Source: Pseudobdellovibrionaceae bacterium
GTDB taxonomy: Bacteria; Bdellovibrionota; Bdellovibrionia; Bdellovibrionales; Bdellovibrionaceae
Assembly: GCA_041288045.1 (NCBI GenBank)
Contig: JBGGMM010000206.1
Span: 1 to 16,931, forward strand
Length of the DNA: 16,931 nt
Direction of reading: 5' to 3'
Shown in pieces: positions 1 through 7,375 of this stretch. A program made the position numbers and the translations under genes. The number at the start of each line of letters is the position of its first letter. The stretch's first letter is position 1. The notes under the pieces are model-generated. The model did no database searches, was not told where the DNA came from, and saw only the letters and a list, made by a program, of their open reading frames with translations.

Positions 1-574
1 CTCCGGGAGGATCAAATTCTTGAACGAATTTCAAGACATCCTCAAGATCCTTGGCGTCGACTTTTTCACTTTCGGCGATTTCTGCAAGTGGAGTCAGAAG
101 ATATCCATCATCATCGATATAGTTGATGAGAATCTCAGCTAGCATCAATTCGTCGTCAGCAAATCCAAACATCTTGGCCTGCCAATTCAGATAATCATGA
201 AGTGATTCCGTCGTTGAAATCACATTTTCATAATTCATGATCTCTTCGTTGCCACCGCCAGATTGCTGAGGAGGCTTGTAGGAATTTTCAAGATAGGATT
301 CCCACTCGAACTCATCCTGCTTTTGCGGATCCTGATCGTTACTGGCATTTTCAGCTTGCGGATCGACGGTATCTGCAGCCTCTTTGGTGCGCTTGAGGTC
401 TTCTTCTTTGAGGTCTTGAGTTTCTTCAAGAATTGGATTTTCTTCGAGCTCTTTGCGAACTGCTGTTTCCAGTTCCATGCGAGACAGCTGCAGAAGCTTA
501 ATGGCCTGCTGCAATTGCGGAGTCATCCGCAAAGTTTGGCTTAGATTCATCGACTGTCTCAACTGGACTGCCAA
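1..574 (-). CDS. rpoN: RNA polymerase sigma-54 factor RpoN, N-terminal part (runs off the left edge)
   Basis: Absent from the ORF track because it has no stop in the window. Manual translation from TTG at 574 gives MAVQLRQSMNLSQTLRMTPQLQQAIKLLQLSRMELETAVRKELEENPILEE (RpoN region I), an acidic region II, then SLHDYLNWQ...IDDDGYL...VQEFDPPG (core-binding domain). An AGGAG SD lies at 585-581, 6 nt upstream. Position downstream of lptB is canonical. Confidence 0.97.
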   Translation of the reverse strand, partial: MAVQLRQSMNLSQTLRMTPQLQQAIKLLQLSRMELETAVRKELEENPILEETQDLKEEDLKRTKEAADTVDPQAENASNDQDPQKQDEFEWESYLENSYKPPQQSGGGNEEIMNYENVISTTESLHDYLNWQAKMFGFADDELMLAEILINYIDDDGYLLTPLAEIAESEKVDAKDLEDVLKFVQEFDPPG

Positions 575-580
575 GTTCGA

Positions 581-585
581 CTCCT
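581..585 (-). promoter_or_regulatory. Shine-Dalgarno site of rpoN (AGGAG)
   Basis: Minus strand reads AGGAG-TCGAAC-TTG, a 6-nt spacing to the TTG start at 574. Confidence 0.8.
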
Positions 586-586
586 A

Positions 587-602
587 AGGCACTGCTCTTG
601 CA
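587..602 (+). promoter_or_regulatory. Putative sigma-54 (-24/-12) binding site, antisense to rpoN
   Basis: Plus strand AGGCACTGCTCTTGCA versus consensus TGGCACG-N4-TTGCW. GG is at 588-589 and GC at 600-601, an exact GG-N10-GC spacing. It lies in the 51-nt lptB-rpoN gap. Confidence 0.65.
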
Positions 603-625
603 CGCGAAATTGCGCCAACACATGC

Positions 626-1348
626 CTACAGTTTAAAATTTTCTCCCAAATAAAACTTTTTGGCTAGTTCAGAGTTCGCAATTTCGTGCGAAGTGCCCTG
701 GACTTGGATCTGGCCATCCTTAAGAATGTAGGCCCGATCACAAATACCCAATGTTTCACGAACATTGTGGTCTGTAATAAGAATCCCGATTCCCTGAGAT
801 TTCAAGTGTCGAATGATGTCTTGGATATCTGCGACAGCAATGGGGTCGATCCCGGCGAAAGGCTCGTCGAGTAGCAGAAACTTTGGCGAACCTGCTAAGG
901 CTCTGGCGATTTCCACGCGCCGCCTCTCTCCTCCTGACAAGGCATATCCAAAACTGTCTTTGATGTGAGTAATACGAAAGTCTTGCAAAAGGGTTTCAAG
1001 CTTTTCAGCTTTACGAGCGTCGGAATAACCGTAGGCCTCAAGTGCCACCTGGATGTTTTCAGAAACTGTCAGTTTCCGAAAAATACTGGGTTCTTGAGCT
1101 AGATAGCTCAGCCCCACTCGAGCCCGTTTGTACATGGGTTCTTTGCCAATGGAATCTGAATCTAAAAGAATATCGCCTTCATCCGCACGGATCAACCCGA
1201 CGACCATGTAGAAGCTGGTGGTTTTCCCGGCCCCGTTAGGCCCCAGCAATCCCACGACATTTCCAGATTCGACAGTGAAAGACACATCGCTGACGACTTT
1301 GCGTTTTTTAAAGGTTTTCGAAATGTGAGAGACCGTCAGTAAGCTCAT
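626..1348 (-). CDS. lptB: LPS export ABC transporter ATP-binding protein LptB
   Basis: Walker [24 protein letters not shown], signature [15 protein letters not shown], Walker [25 protein letters not shown] and C-terminal FYLGENFKL. Lies between lptC and rpoN. Confidence 0.97.
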   Translation of the reverse strand: MSLLTVSHISKTFKKRKVVSDVSFTVESGNVVGLLGPNGAGKTTSFYMVVGLIRADEGDILLDSDSIGKEPMYKRARVGLSYLAQEPSIFRKLTVSENIQVALEAYGYSDARKAEKLETLLQDFRITHIKDSFGYALSGGERRRVEIARALAGSPKFLLLDEPFAGIDPIAVADIQDIIRHLKSQGIGILITDHNVRETLGICDRAYILKDGQIQVQGTSHEIANSELAKKFYLGENFKL

Positions 1349-2346
1349 TGCTTTTCAACTTTCGCACGAATTTTCTCTACCTTAACCTTTTTCCCACCGT
1401 CGATGAAGACAATTTGCTCGCCAGTGATCTCATCATTGTTTTGCACCACTCGAGGACGGCCATTGAAAATAAATTTATTCTGCTCAGGATCAAACTTGAC
1501 GGTATCGGATGTCGCGAATTTATCCACATCGCTGACTTTGACGCCACCCTTGACAGTTACGGACTGCAGGATGTCGACTTCGCCGCGGTAATCGAATTGG
1601 GCTTCAGGTCCCTGCATTTTTATCGAACCCACATCGATGGAAACGTCATCAATAAACCGAGCTGAATGGTTTTTGCCTGAAAATTCAGCACTGCCGCTTT
1701 GAATCTGAAACTTTTTGCCATCATTGAGCTGTTTGGAAGCCGTGACATTTTCCTTGATGGTCATCACATTGCTGTCGACATTGGCCTCCATCTCGGCCCC
1801 CGTCAAAATGAGTCCCTTCCCGCGCTCATCTGCCGGTCCGACCATGCGAATGGCCTCTGGACTTCGAATCAAACGACGAGTGGAAAAATAAGAAACCGAA
1901 TTGGATTGAAAAGTATAGCCATTGGAAGAACGAGTGACGACGTTTCCTTCGATCTTCATGTTCTTGCTTCCGCTATCGATATTTCCGCGTTTGCCAGTAA
2001 CTGTAAAATCCACTTTATCGTTATTATAAAAGAGCACTTTCACATTTTGCAGTTGCCAAGCGCCCTTGCCCTGAGAGTTTTCCGCACTTTCTGCAAAGAG
2101 CTCCCAGTCACGGTCTCCAGCTCGGCTTTCCACCAAATGCACACCTTGCATTTTCTGCTCAGTTTCCAATTGCGTCGTCGAAGAGCCATTGGCCTCTTTC
2201 TGATTTTCCGCTGTTTTGGATTTTTCGTCAGATGAATTTGGCAATTGGAAAGGTTCATGCTCAAGCGAAATCGGAAATCCAATCAGAATCTCCAAGAACA
2301 AAAAGATCATGAAGATCGCAAAAAGGATTCCGTAGAATTTTCTCAT
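1345..2346 (-). CDS. lptC: LPS export periplasmic bridge protein LptC, apparently fused to a C-terminal LptA/OstA-like domain
   Basis: N-terminal membrane anchor ([20 protein letters not shown]), an LptC-like beta-jellyroll (WELFAESA...IEGNVV...FQSNSVSY...[10 protein letters not shown]...IKENV), then an LptA-like region ([10 protein letters not shown]...ARFIDDVSI...VTVKGGVKV...[21 protein letters not shown]). ATGA overlap with lptB. No separate lptA gene is present. Confidence 0.85.
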   Translation of the reverse strand: MRKFYGILFAIFMIFLFLEILIGFPISLEHEPFQLPNSSDEKSKTAENQKEANGSSTTQLETEQKMQGVHLVESRAGDRDWELFAESAENSQGKGAWQLQNVKVLFYNNDKVDFTVTGKRGNIDSGSKNMKIEGNVVTRSSNGYTFQSNSVSYFSTRRLIRSPEAIRMVGPADERGKGLILTGAEMEANVDSNVMTIKENVTASKQLNDGKKFQIQSGSAEFSGKNHSARFIDDVSIDVGSIKMQGPEAQFDYRGEVDILQSVTVKGGVKVSDVDKFATSDTVKFDPEQNKFIFNGRPRVVQNNDEITGEQIVFIDGGKKVKVEKIRAKVEKQ

Positions 2347-2352
2347 GAAAGA

Positions 2353-2934
2353 TTACTGGGCAGCTTTTTCTTTATTGACTGCAAAATTGATTTCGCCCGC
2401 TCCTGCTTCTGATACTGTGTACATCACTTTTTTCACAGTGAGGAAATCAATTCCTTTATCGGCCTGAATTGTCACCTTGTTCCAAGGAGTTTTATCTTTT
2501 TCCTCTTCGCCACGAGCGGCCTCAACTGCACTTTGCAATTTTGTGCGAAGACTCTTTTCATGTTCTTCGCGAGCCAATGCCAGAGCGTCAACCACGCCTT
2601 TGCGCAGATTTTCGATCATCCAGGATTCTTGAGAATGCAGAGCTTCAGCTGTGATCACTGAATTTTTATCCAAAAGAACTTCTTTATTTGAAATCGTCAC
2701 AACCACTGCCGGCGCCAGTTCTTTGATTTTTTCCGCTTTTGGCAGCGTGACTTCTTTTGGAATGTACAGAACCTGTCCTGTGACATTGTAGTTTTGAAGC
2801 AAGAAGACAACCAGGACCGTGAACATGTCCACCATGGCTGTCAGCTGCAGAACAGCTGCCACTTCCCGCTTTCCTTTTCTCTTTCTGAGCATTTTATTAT
2901 AGCGGTATCTTTCGCCAGGCGCATGAATAGGCAT
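2353..2934 (-). CDS. aglS: ExbD/TolR-family stator subunit (AglS-like)
   Basis: Basic N-terminus, TM LQLTAMVDMFTVLVVFLL with the conserved Asp (D36), and a C-terminal VTIQADKGIDFLTVKKVMYTVSEAG ExbD motif. Second ExbD gene after the TolQ/ExbB homolog, matching aglR-aglQ-aglS order. TAATG overlap with the upstream gene. Confidence 0.85.
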   Translation of the reverse strand: MPIHAPGERYRYNKMLRKRKGKREVAAVLQLTAMVDMFTVLVVFLLQNYNVTGQVLYIPKEVTLPKAEKIKELAPAVVVTISNKEVLLDKNSVITAEALHSQESWMIENLRKGVVDALALAREEHEKSLRTKLQSAVEAARGEEEKDKTPWNKVTIQADKGIDFLTVKKVMYTVSEAGAGEINFAVNKEKAAQ

Positions 2935-3410
2935 TAGTTAGGCCCTCCGGTTAAAACTGAGATTTGAGGGAATCCGGCTTTCAAGAAAGCGTCCATCCCT
3001 TTGATCAGACGCTCGTAAGGAAGCTCGTCTGCCATTGCAATGGCCGCATCATTTTTATTGGGATAAAGCTGTTTTGCTTTTTCGATCTGCGCAATCAGTC
3101 CCGCTTCATCAAATTCTTTCTCTTGAAGCGGAACATTGATCACTTGTTTGCCAACAGTCAGCACATATCCTGTCGCTCGGATATCAAGCTTCAGAACAAC
3201 GTCCGCATCAGGAGGAATTTGAGGCGCCGGTTGTTCTTCGTTTTTCTTTCCGTAGAGCGAGCTTCCGATCTGAATCATCGAAACTTGCGACCAGACCGCC
3301 GTGATGAGAAGAAAGGTGATCAGAACGCTCATCAAATCGATGAACGGCACGAGATTCAACTCGAGCGAAACTTTACGACCTTTTCCACCACCGGATTCGA
3401 TATGTGCCAT
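2934..3410 (-). CDS. aglQ: ExbD/TolR-family stator subunit (AglQ-like)
   Basis: ELNLVPFIDLMSVLITFLLITA TM with the conserved Asp (D25), and a C-terminal IAMADELPYERLIKGMDAFLKAGFPQISV ExbD motif. Directly follows the TolQ/ExbB homolog. Confidence 0.85.
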   Translation of the reverse strand: MAHIESGGGKGRKVSLELNLVPFIDLMSVLITFLLITAVWSQVSMIQIGSSLYGKKNEEQPAPQIPPDADVVLKLDIRATGYVLTVGKQVINVPLQEKEFDEAGLIAQIEKAKQLYPNKNDAAIAMADELPYERLIKGMDAFLKAGFPQISVLTGGPN

Positions 3411-3413
3411 GGA

Positions 3414-4091
3414 TTATTCCTTCAGTTTGTCTCTGTTGCTAGCAACCAAGTTCAAAAGGCTCATGCTACTTTCTGTCACGTCATTTTCCGCTCTTTGGAT
3501 TCGCAGCTGAAAGTAACCGTAAGCAACGATTGAAACAATCGCCACCAAAAGTCCAAATGCAGTACAGTTCAAAGCGTGAGAAATACCTTTTGATAATTCC
3601 ACTGCTTTTTCTGCTGGATCGGCTGCCGCGACCGCACGGAATGAAGTGATCATACCGATGATGGTTCCAAGCAGACCCGCCAAAACGGCAACGTTCCCTG
3701 TGACTGCCAGGAAAGATGTCCAACCTTCGAGTTTTGGATTTTCGCGCAATGCCGCTGCATCCATGGCTACTTGAATTTCTTCATCCGGACGTTTGTTCAT
3801 CGCCTGAACCAACCCGGCTTTGATGACGTTTGTCAGAGGTGCTTGGCGAGAATCACAGAATGTGATGGCTTGTCGCAAATCACCGCGAAGAAGCATCCCA
3901 AAAATATTGTCAGTGAATTCTTTTTTATCCACTGAAAGATTTTTAAGAGCCATCAGACGCTCAACAATCAAACCGACTGTGATGAGTCCGATAAATAAAA
4001 TTACGTACATGACAGCTCCGCCTTCGACGAATGCTCTCTGTAAGAACGGCATATTATCCGTTGCTGCCTGCGCTGTTGTCACTGGATCCAC
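3414..4091 (-). CDS. aglR: MotA/TolQ/ExbB-family proton channel subunit (AglR-like)
   Basis: GGAVMYVILFIGLITVGLIVER (TM1), GLLGTIIGMITSF (TM2) and GISHALNCTAFGLLVAI (TM3). GTG start with AAGGAGG SD 6 nt upstream. Confidence 0.92.
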   Translation of the reverse strand: MDPVTTAQAATDNMPFLQRAFVEGGAVMYVILFIGLITVGLIVERLMALKNLSVDKKEFTDNIFGMLLRGDLRQAITFCDSRQAPLTNVIKAGLVQAMNKRPDEEIQVAMDAAALRENPKLEGWTSFLAVTGNVAVLAGLLGTIIGMITSFRAVAAADPAEKAVELSKGISHALNCTAFGLLVAIVSIVAYGYFQLRIQRAENDVTESSMSLLNLVASNRDKLKE

Positions 4092-4097
4092 TTTTTT

Positions 4098-4104
4098 CCT
4101 CCTT
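4098..4104 (-). promoter_or_regulatory. Strong Shine-Dalgarno site (AAGGAGG) of aglR
   Basis: Minus strand reads AAGGAGG-AAAAAA-GTG (start at 4091). Confidence 0.85.
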
Positions 4105-4118
4105 GAAGTGAATAGAAC

Positions 4119-6158
4119 TTATTTTTGTGCACCAAATACAAATGGGTAATCAACAACAGCAATCGTGCCTGTGGGCGGCTCTGGAAATCGCGCTTCCTTG
4201 ATTCTTGAAGCCACACAGGATTCCACTGTTGAATCATTCAAAGACGAGCTCTTGGTTTTGGCCGAACGAACACGTCCTTGTTCCATAATTTCAAACTGAA
4301 TGACCACTTTTCCTTCAAGCGTCGAATTGACTCGCAATTGCCGCTCGTAGCAGGACTTGATCTGATTCAGAATTGACTTGATGACTCGGCGAACAGCTTC
4401 ACGATCGATGGTTCCTTCCCATCCTTCGTCAGCTCCCCCGGCATCAATCGTCACATTGCCTTTTCCACCGAGCCCCAGACCTGCTCCATAATTGCTCATT
4501 CCCGAAGCTCGACCTTTAGTCCCAATGCCAGCAATCCCTTGTGTGGCAGTCCCCTTACCACCAGCGCCTGTGTCTTTGAATCGAGATCCGATATCATCAC
4601 CAGCGCGGTTTTCATTTTGACCGGACTTTCCAGTGGCTTCATTGGCCATACCCAAAAGCTCTCCGGAACCCGAATAAGCTTGATCCAACTGTTTCCGAAC
4701 CCCGCCACCACCGAAAGCACTCAGAAGCCCGACTTTGCTCACATCCTTGTTGGACTGAGCATTTGCACCGGCCGTGTCGCCAATTTTTGTTGCTCCACCT
4801 TGTTTGATTGAGGTGAATTTCTTCGGACGATTGACGTTTGAAGGATTGGGACGAACTTCGGCCGCTTTGGCTTTTTCAAGCTGCTTCACTGCCGCTTTTG
4901 ATTCTTTGTTTCCCTTTTGAACCGCTTCTCGCTTTTCTTCAGTGACTTTGATTTTCTTAGGCTCAGGCGGAGGCGGTGGTTTGACTTCCACTTCTTCCTT
5001 CACTGGCGGCGGCGTTGGCTCCGGCGGCGGAGGAGTGGTTGGTGGCGGTTTATTGTAAATGAATTGCGCCAACCGAACCTGTTCTTCTTCCTCTTCTGCT
5101 GGAGGCTCAGGAGTGTAGACGGACATATAAAGAGCCGTCAGCGCCACGATGACAAGAGAAACCACCAAGCCCGAAAGCTCACCAGCTGAAAAATCAAATG
5201 GCTGACCCAAGATTGGCTTGATTGTGTTTGGAACATATCGAATATAAATTTGCAGAGTTCCCTGCTCAACCGACAATCGCAGCAATTCACCCTGGTCCAA
5301 GCGAACCGCATTGGCTGAACCCGATTTCATCGCTTTGCCAGATTTTGTCATCTCTTCAAGAGAGACTCGAGTTTGCGAAGAATTTGTCAGCTCCACAAAC
5401 ATATCGACAGGAGCAAGCACTCGGCATCCGCCCTTGAGCTCAAGGAAAGGAACAGCTCCTTTGATGAATTGAGCTGGCAGAGAAATTGTCGCTTTGGATG
5501 AAGATCCGATTGTCACATCTTCATCGGAACCAAAATGGTAAGTTGCAAGCACTCGTTCTTGCCAAGCAACGATCACTTCGACGACTGGCCCTTTTGTCGG
5601 CTTCAAATAGGTGCCCAGGTCTTTGACTTCACTGGCCGGTGCAAATGTGCCAGTCAGTTTTTTAGATTTTCTGGATGGCGCTGCAGATGTTTTGACTTCG
5701 GCGATCTTGGGGGGCTTGGCTGCAACCTGAGAATCCACTGGATTCGGAATGTTGGCTTTAACCACTGATGGTTTTTCCGCAGCTGGAGCCGCCGGAGGTG
5801 GCACCACTTTTTTGGCTGGAGCTTCTGTGGCCTCTGGACCCGGAGCAGCCTTTGGCTTTGGAGCACCAACAAAGAACTGGATTCGATAAGGTCCGATTTC
5901 GATATTATCACCAGAGGAAATGGGCTCGTCGAGAACTTCATGGCCATTCTTCTTGGTCGCAGTTGATGAGCCCATGTGACAGATGTAGAAACCTGAGTCC
6001 CTTAGTTCGATGAGGCATTGAATGGGACCGACTGAAGGATCCTCCAAATTCACCGTCACATCAGAATTCTGACCGAAGATGATAGAATCGGCCTCGAACT
6101 GTTTTACTTCGACCAACTGATTGTTTTTAAATATTCTTAAAATAATTGGTGATTTCAA
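4119..6158 (-). CDS. gltG: GltG/PglI-like energy transducer: FHA-like domain(s), single TM, Pro/Gly-rich periplasmic spacer, AgmX/PglI (TonB-C-like) C-terminal domain
   Basis: N-terminal FHA fold (IIFGQNSDVTVNLEDPSV...ISSGDNIEIGPYRIQF), TM at aa ~328-348, PPPTTPPPPEPTPPP stretch, Gly-rich GAGGKG...GIGTKGR...GLGGKG, and C-terminal GTIDREAVRRVI...IKSCYERQL...LEGKVVIQFEI...VESCV...FPEPP...VDYPFVF. TTG start overlaps the upstream stop (TTGA), with a GGAG SD. Confidence 0.88.
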   Translation of the reverse strand: MKSPIILRIFKNNQLVEVKQFEADSIIFGQNSDVTVNLEDPSVGPIQCLIELRDSGFYICHMGSSTATKKNGHEVLDEPISSGDNIEIGPYRIQFFVGAPKPKAAPGPEATEAPAKKVVPPPAAPAAEKPSVVKANIPNPVDSQVAAKPPKIAEVKTSAAPSRKSKKLTGTFAPASEVKDLGTYLKPTKGPVVEVIVAWQERVLATYHFGSDEDVTIGSSSKATISLPAQFIKGAVPFLELKGGCRVLAPVDMFVELTNSSQTRVSLEEMTKSGKAMKSGSANAVRLDQGELLRLSVEQGTLQIYIRYVPNTIKPILGQPFDFSAGELSGLVVSLVIVALTALYMSVYTPEPPAEEEEEQVRLAQFIYNKPPPTTPPPPEPTPPPVKEEVEVKPPPPPEPKKIKVTEEKREAVQKGNKESKAAVKQLEKAKAAEVRPNPSNVNRPKKFTSIKQGGATKIGDTAGANAQSNKDVSKVGLLSAFGGGGVRKQLDQAYSGSGELLGMANEATGKSGQNENRAGDDIGSRFKDTGAGGKGTATQGIAGIGTKGRASGMSNYGAGLGLGGKGNVTIDAGGADEGWEGTIDREAVRRVIKSILNQIKSCYERQLRVNSTLEGKVVIQFEIMEQGRVRSAKTKSSSLNDSTVESCVASRIKEARFPEPPTGTIAVVDYPFVFGAQK

Positions 6159-6496
6159 TTCGAACTCCGAACTCGTTGAAGATCTTCAGATGTTTTTCTC
6201 ATTTCGGGTAAAAAATTTTCTCGCAATTTAATTAAACGTTTATAGTTGAAATTTTTCTTTTGAAATAAATAAAAGAGCTCAGGCTTCTGAGTAGAGCCTT
6301 CGACAAGCTCGTCTTCAAAGCTCAGAGTTTTCTTTTTTTCTGGTTTCGCCGGATCGGATTGCGCAGGAGCTCGTGTTGTACTTTCATCCATAGGATCCAA
6401 ATCTGTAGCTTGAACTGAAGTCGAGAAAAGAGAAGCTCCCAAAATGAAAGCTCCGATAAATGTAATCCAATTCAAGTTGTCGTACTGGCTGCGCAT
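6155..6496 (-). CDS. gltF: Small secreted GltF/CglF-like protein
   Basis: Hydrophobic signal peptide ending near SVQA. The C-terminal motif KTLSFEDELVEGSTQKPE...LIKLRENFLPEMRKTSEDL resembles the CglF/GltF pattern. Located between gltE and gltG as in the gltD-E-F-G cluster. Confidence 0.75.
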   Translation of the reverse strand: MRSQYDNLNWITFIGAFILGASLFSTSVQATDLDPMDESTTRAPAQSDPAKPEKKKTLSFEDELVEGSTQKPELFYLFQKKNFNYKRLIKLRENFLPEMRKTSEDLQRVRSSN

Positions 6497-6514
6497 AAAA
6501 ATTTTTCTCTCTCC

Positions 6515-7375
6515 CTATTTTAAACCAGCTTTTGCCTTATTTTCCAAAACATTAATTTTATTCCTCGCCTCAGTCGAAGGTCCTAAAAATTTCACTTTGC
6601 TCAAAAGGTCTAGCCCTTCGTCGTATTTTTTCAGGTGATCAATCAGAAGGATTGCATAATTGTACATGATATCCTTGTTGTTCGAATTCAAAGACATCGC
6701 CTGTTTGTAGATATCGCGAGCATCATTGTATTTCCCAGTGGCAGTCAAAGCGACCGCGTAGTTATTCAGAACCTTGGGATCCTTATAGTTTTTTCGAGCT
6801 GCGATCTCCAAGGCGACAAGTGCTTTGATGAAATCTTTGTTTTCTAAGTATATGGATCCGAGAGTGGCGGCCGCGTTGCCATCATTATTGTTTATCGCAA
6901 TGGCCGTTCTGAAAGACTTGATGGCCTCTCTTTGTTCTTTGAGCGCCAGCAAGGTCAGACCCATATTGGTATGAGCATCACTGTAATTGGGGTTGGCTTT
7001 CAGTGCCTTTCCCAGCATGAGCTGAGCAGCTGCATATTGACCCCGTTTGTAGCGGTAATATCCCAGGGCAGTCAGCGCCCTTGCATCGTAAGGGTTTTTT
7101 GAAAGAATCTGAACCGCTGCCCGAACAATGCTATCATCATGCCCAGATTTGATCGCATCCGAGAGAACATTGGCATCATCCCGAGTCGTGACCTGGGTTG
7201 GCTTAGGAGTTTCTTCTTCACGCGCTTCTTTTTGACTGCGAGAGTTTGAATCGCCAGAAGAATCGGAAGCTCCATTTTCGTAAGCGTCAGTTCCTGCCTC
7301 ATTGGAGGACCGATTGCCCGAAGCGCAACCAGCCAAAAGCCCCACACTTAGTAAGAAAATCAGTTTTGTTCTCAT
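6515..7375 (-). CDS. gltE: TPR lipoprotein (GltE/AglT-like)
   Basis: Lipobox LLAG-C17 and a disordered Ser-rich linker, then about five or six TPR motifs (ALTALGYYRYKRGQYAAA, AHTNMGLTLL, AAATLGSIYL, VLNNYAVAL, IMYNYAILL). ATGA overlap with gltD. Confidence 0.78.
   Translation of the reverse strand: MRTKLIFLLSVGLLAGCASGNRSSNEAGTDAYENGASDSSGDSNSRSQKEAREEETPKPTQVTTRDDANVLSDAIKSGHDDSIVRAAVQILSKNPYDARALTALGYYRYKRGQYAAAQLMLGKALKANPNYSDAHTNMGLTLLALKEQREAIKSFRTAIAINNNDGNAAATLGSIYLENKDFIKALVALEIAARKNYKDPKVLNNYAVALTATGKYNDARDIYKQAMSLNSNNKDIMYNYAILLIDHLKKYDEGLDLLSKVKFLGPSTEARNKINVLENKAKAGLK

Noticed and set aside
235..544. Track ORFs 235..429 (-) and 263..544 (+)
   Set aside because: They are alternative-frame or antisense shadows of rpoN, which occupies 1..574.
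604..627. Sense-strand (minus) sigma-54-like sequences upstream of rpoN: AGGCATGTGTTGGC and TGGCGCAATTTCGC
   Set aside because: Both have GG-N9-GC spacing, whereas sigma-54 needs exactly N10. Only the plus-strand site at 587-602 fits.
1699..3533. Long plus-strand ORFs (1699..2235, 2964..3533) and similar short overlapping ORFs throughout the window
   Set aside because: They lie antisense to or inside well-supported genes and show no recognisable motifs. Open antisense frames are expected from codon bias.
4960..5110. GGC/GGT/GGA-rich and TTC-rich low-complexity runs
   Set aside because: They simply encode the poly-Pro and poly-Glu linker of GltG and are not a DNA repeat element or contingency locus.
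2353..6158. Reading the exbB-exbD-exbD and TonB-C genes as an ordinary TonB uptake or Tol-Pal system
   Set aside because: No TonB-dependent receptor, TolB or Pal is present. The FHA-TM-AgmX/PglI architecture and the adjacent GltC/D/E/F-like genes fit Agl-Glt better.
6100..6600. Visibly AT-rich stretch around gltF, considered as possible foreign DNA or an internal promoter
   Set aside because: It is explained by Lys/Phe/Ile/Asn-rich coding and gene starts. There are no mobility genes or flanking repeats and no convincing -35/-10 pair.
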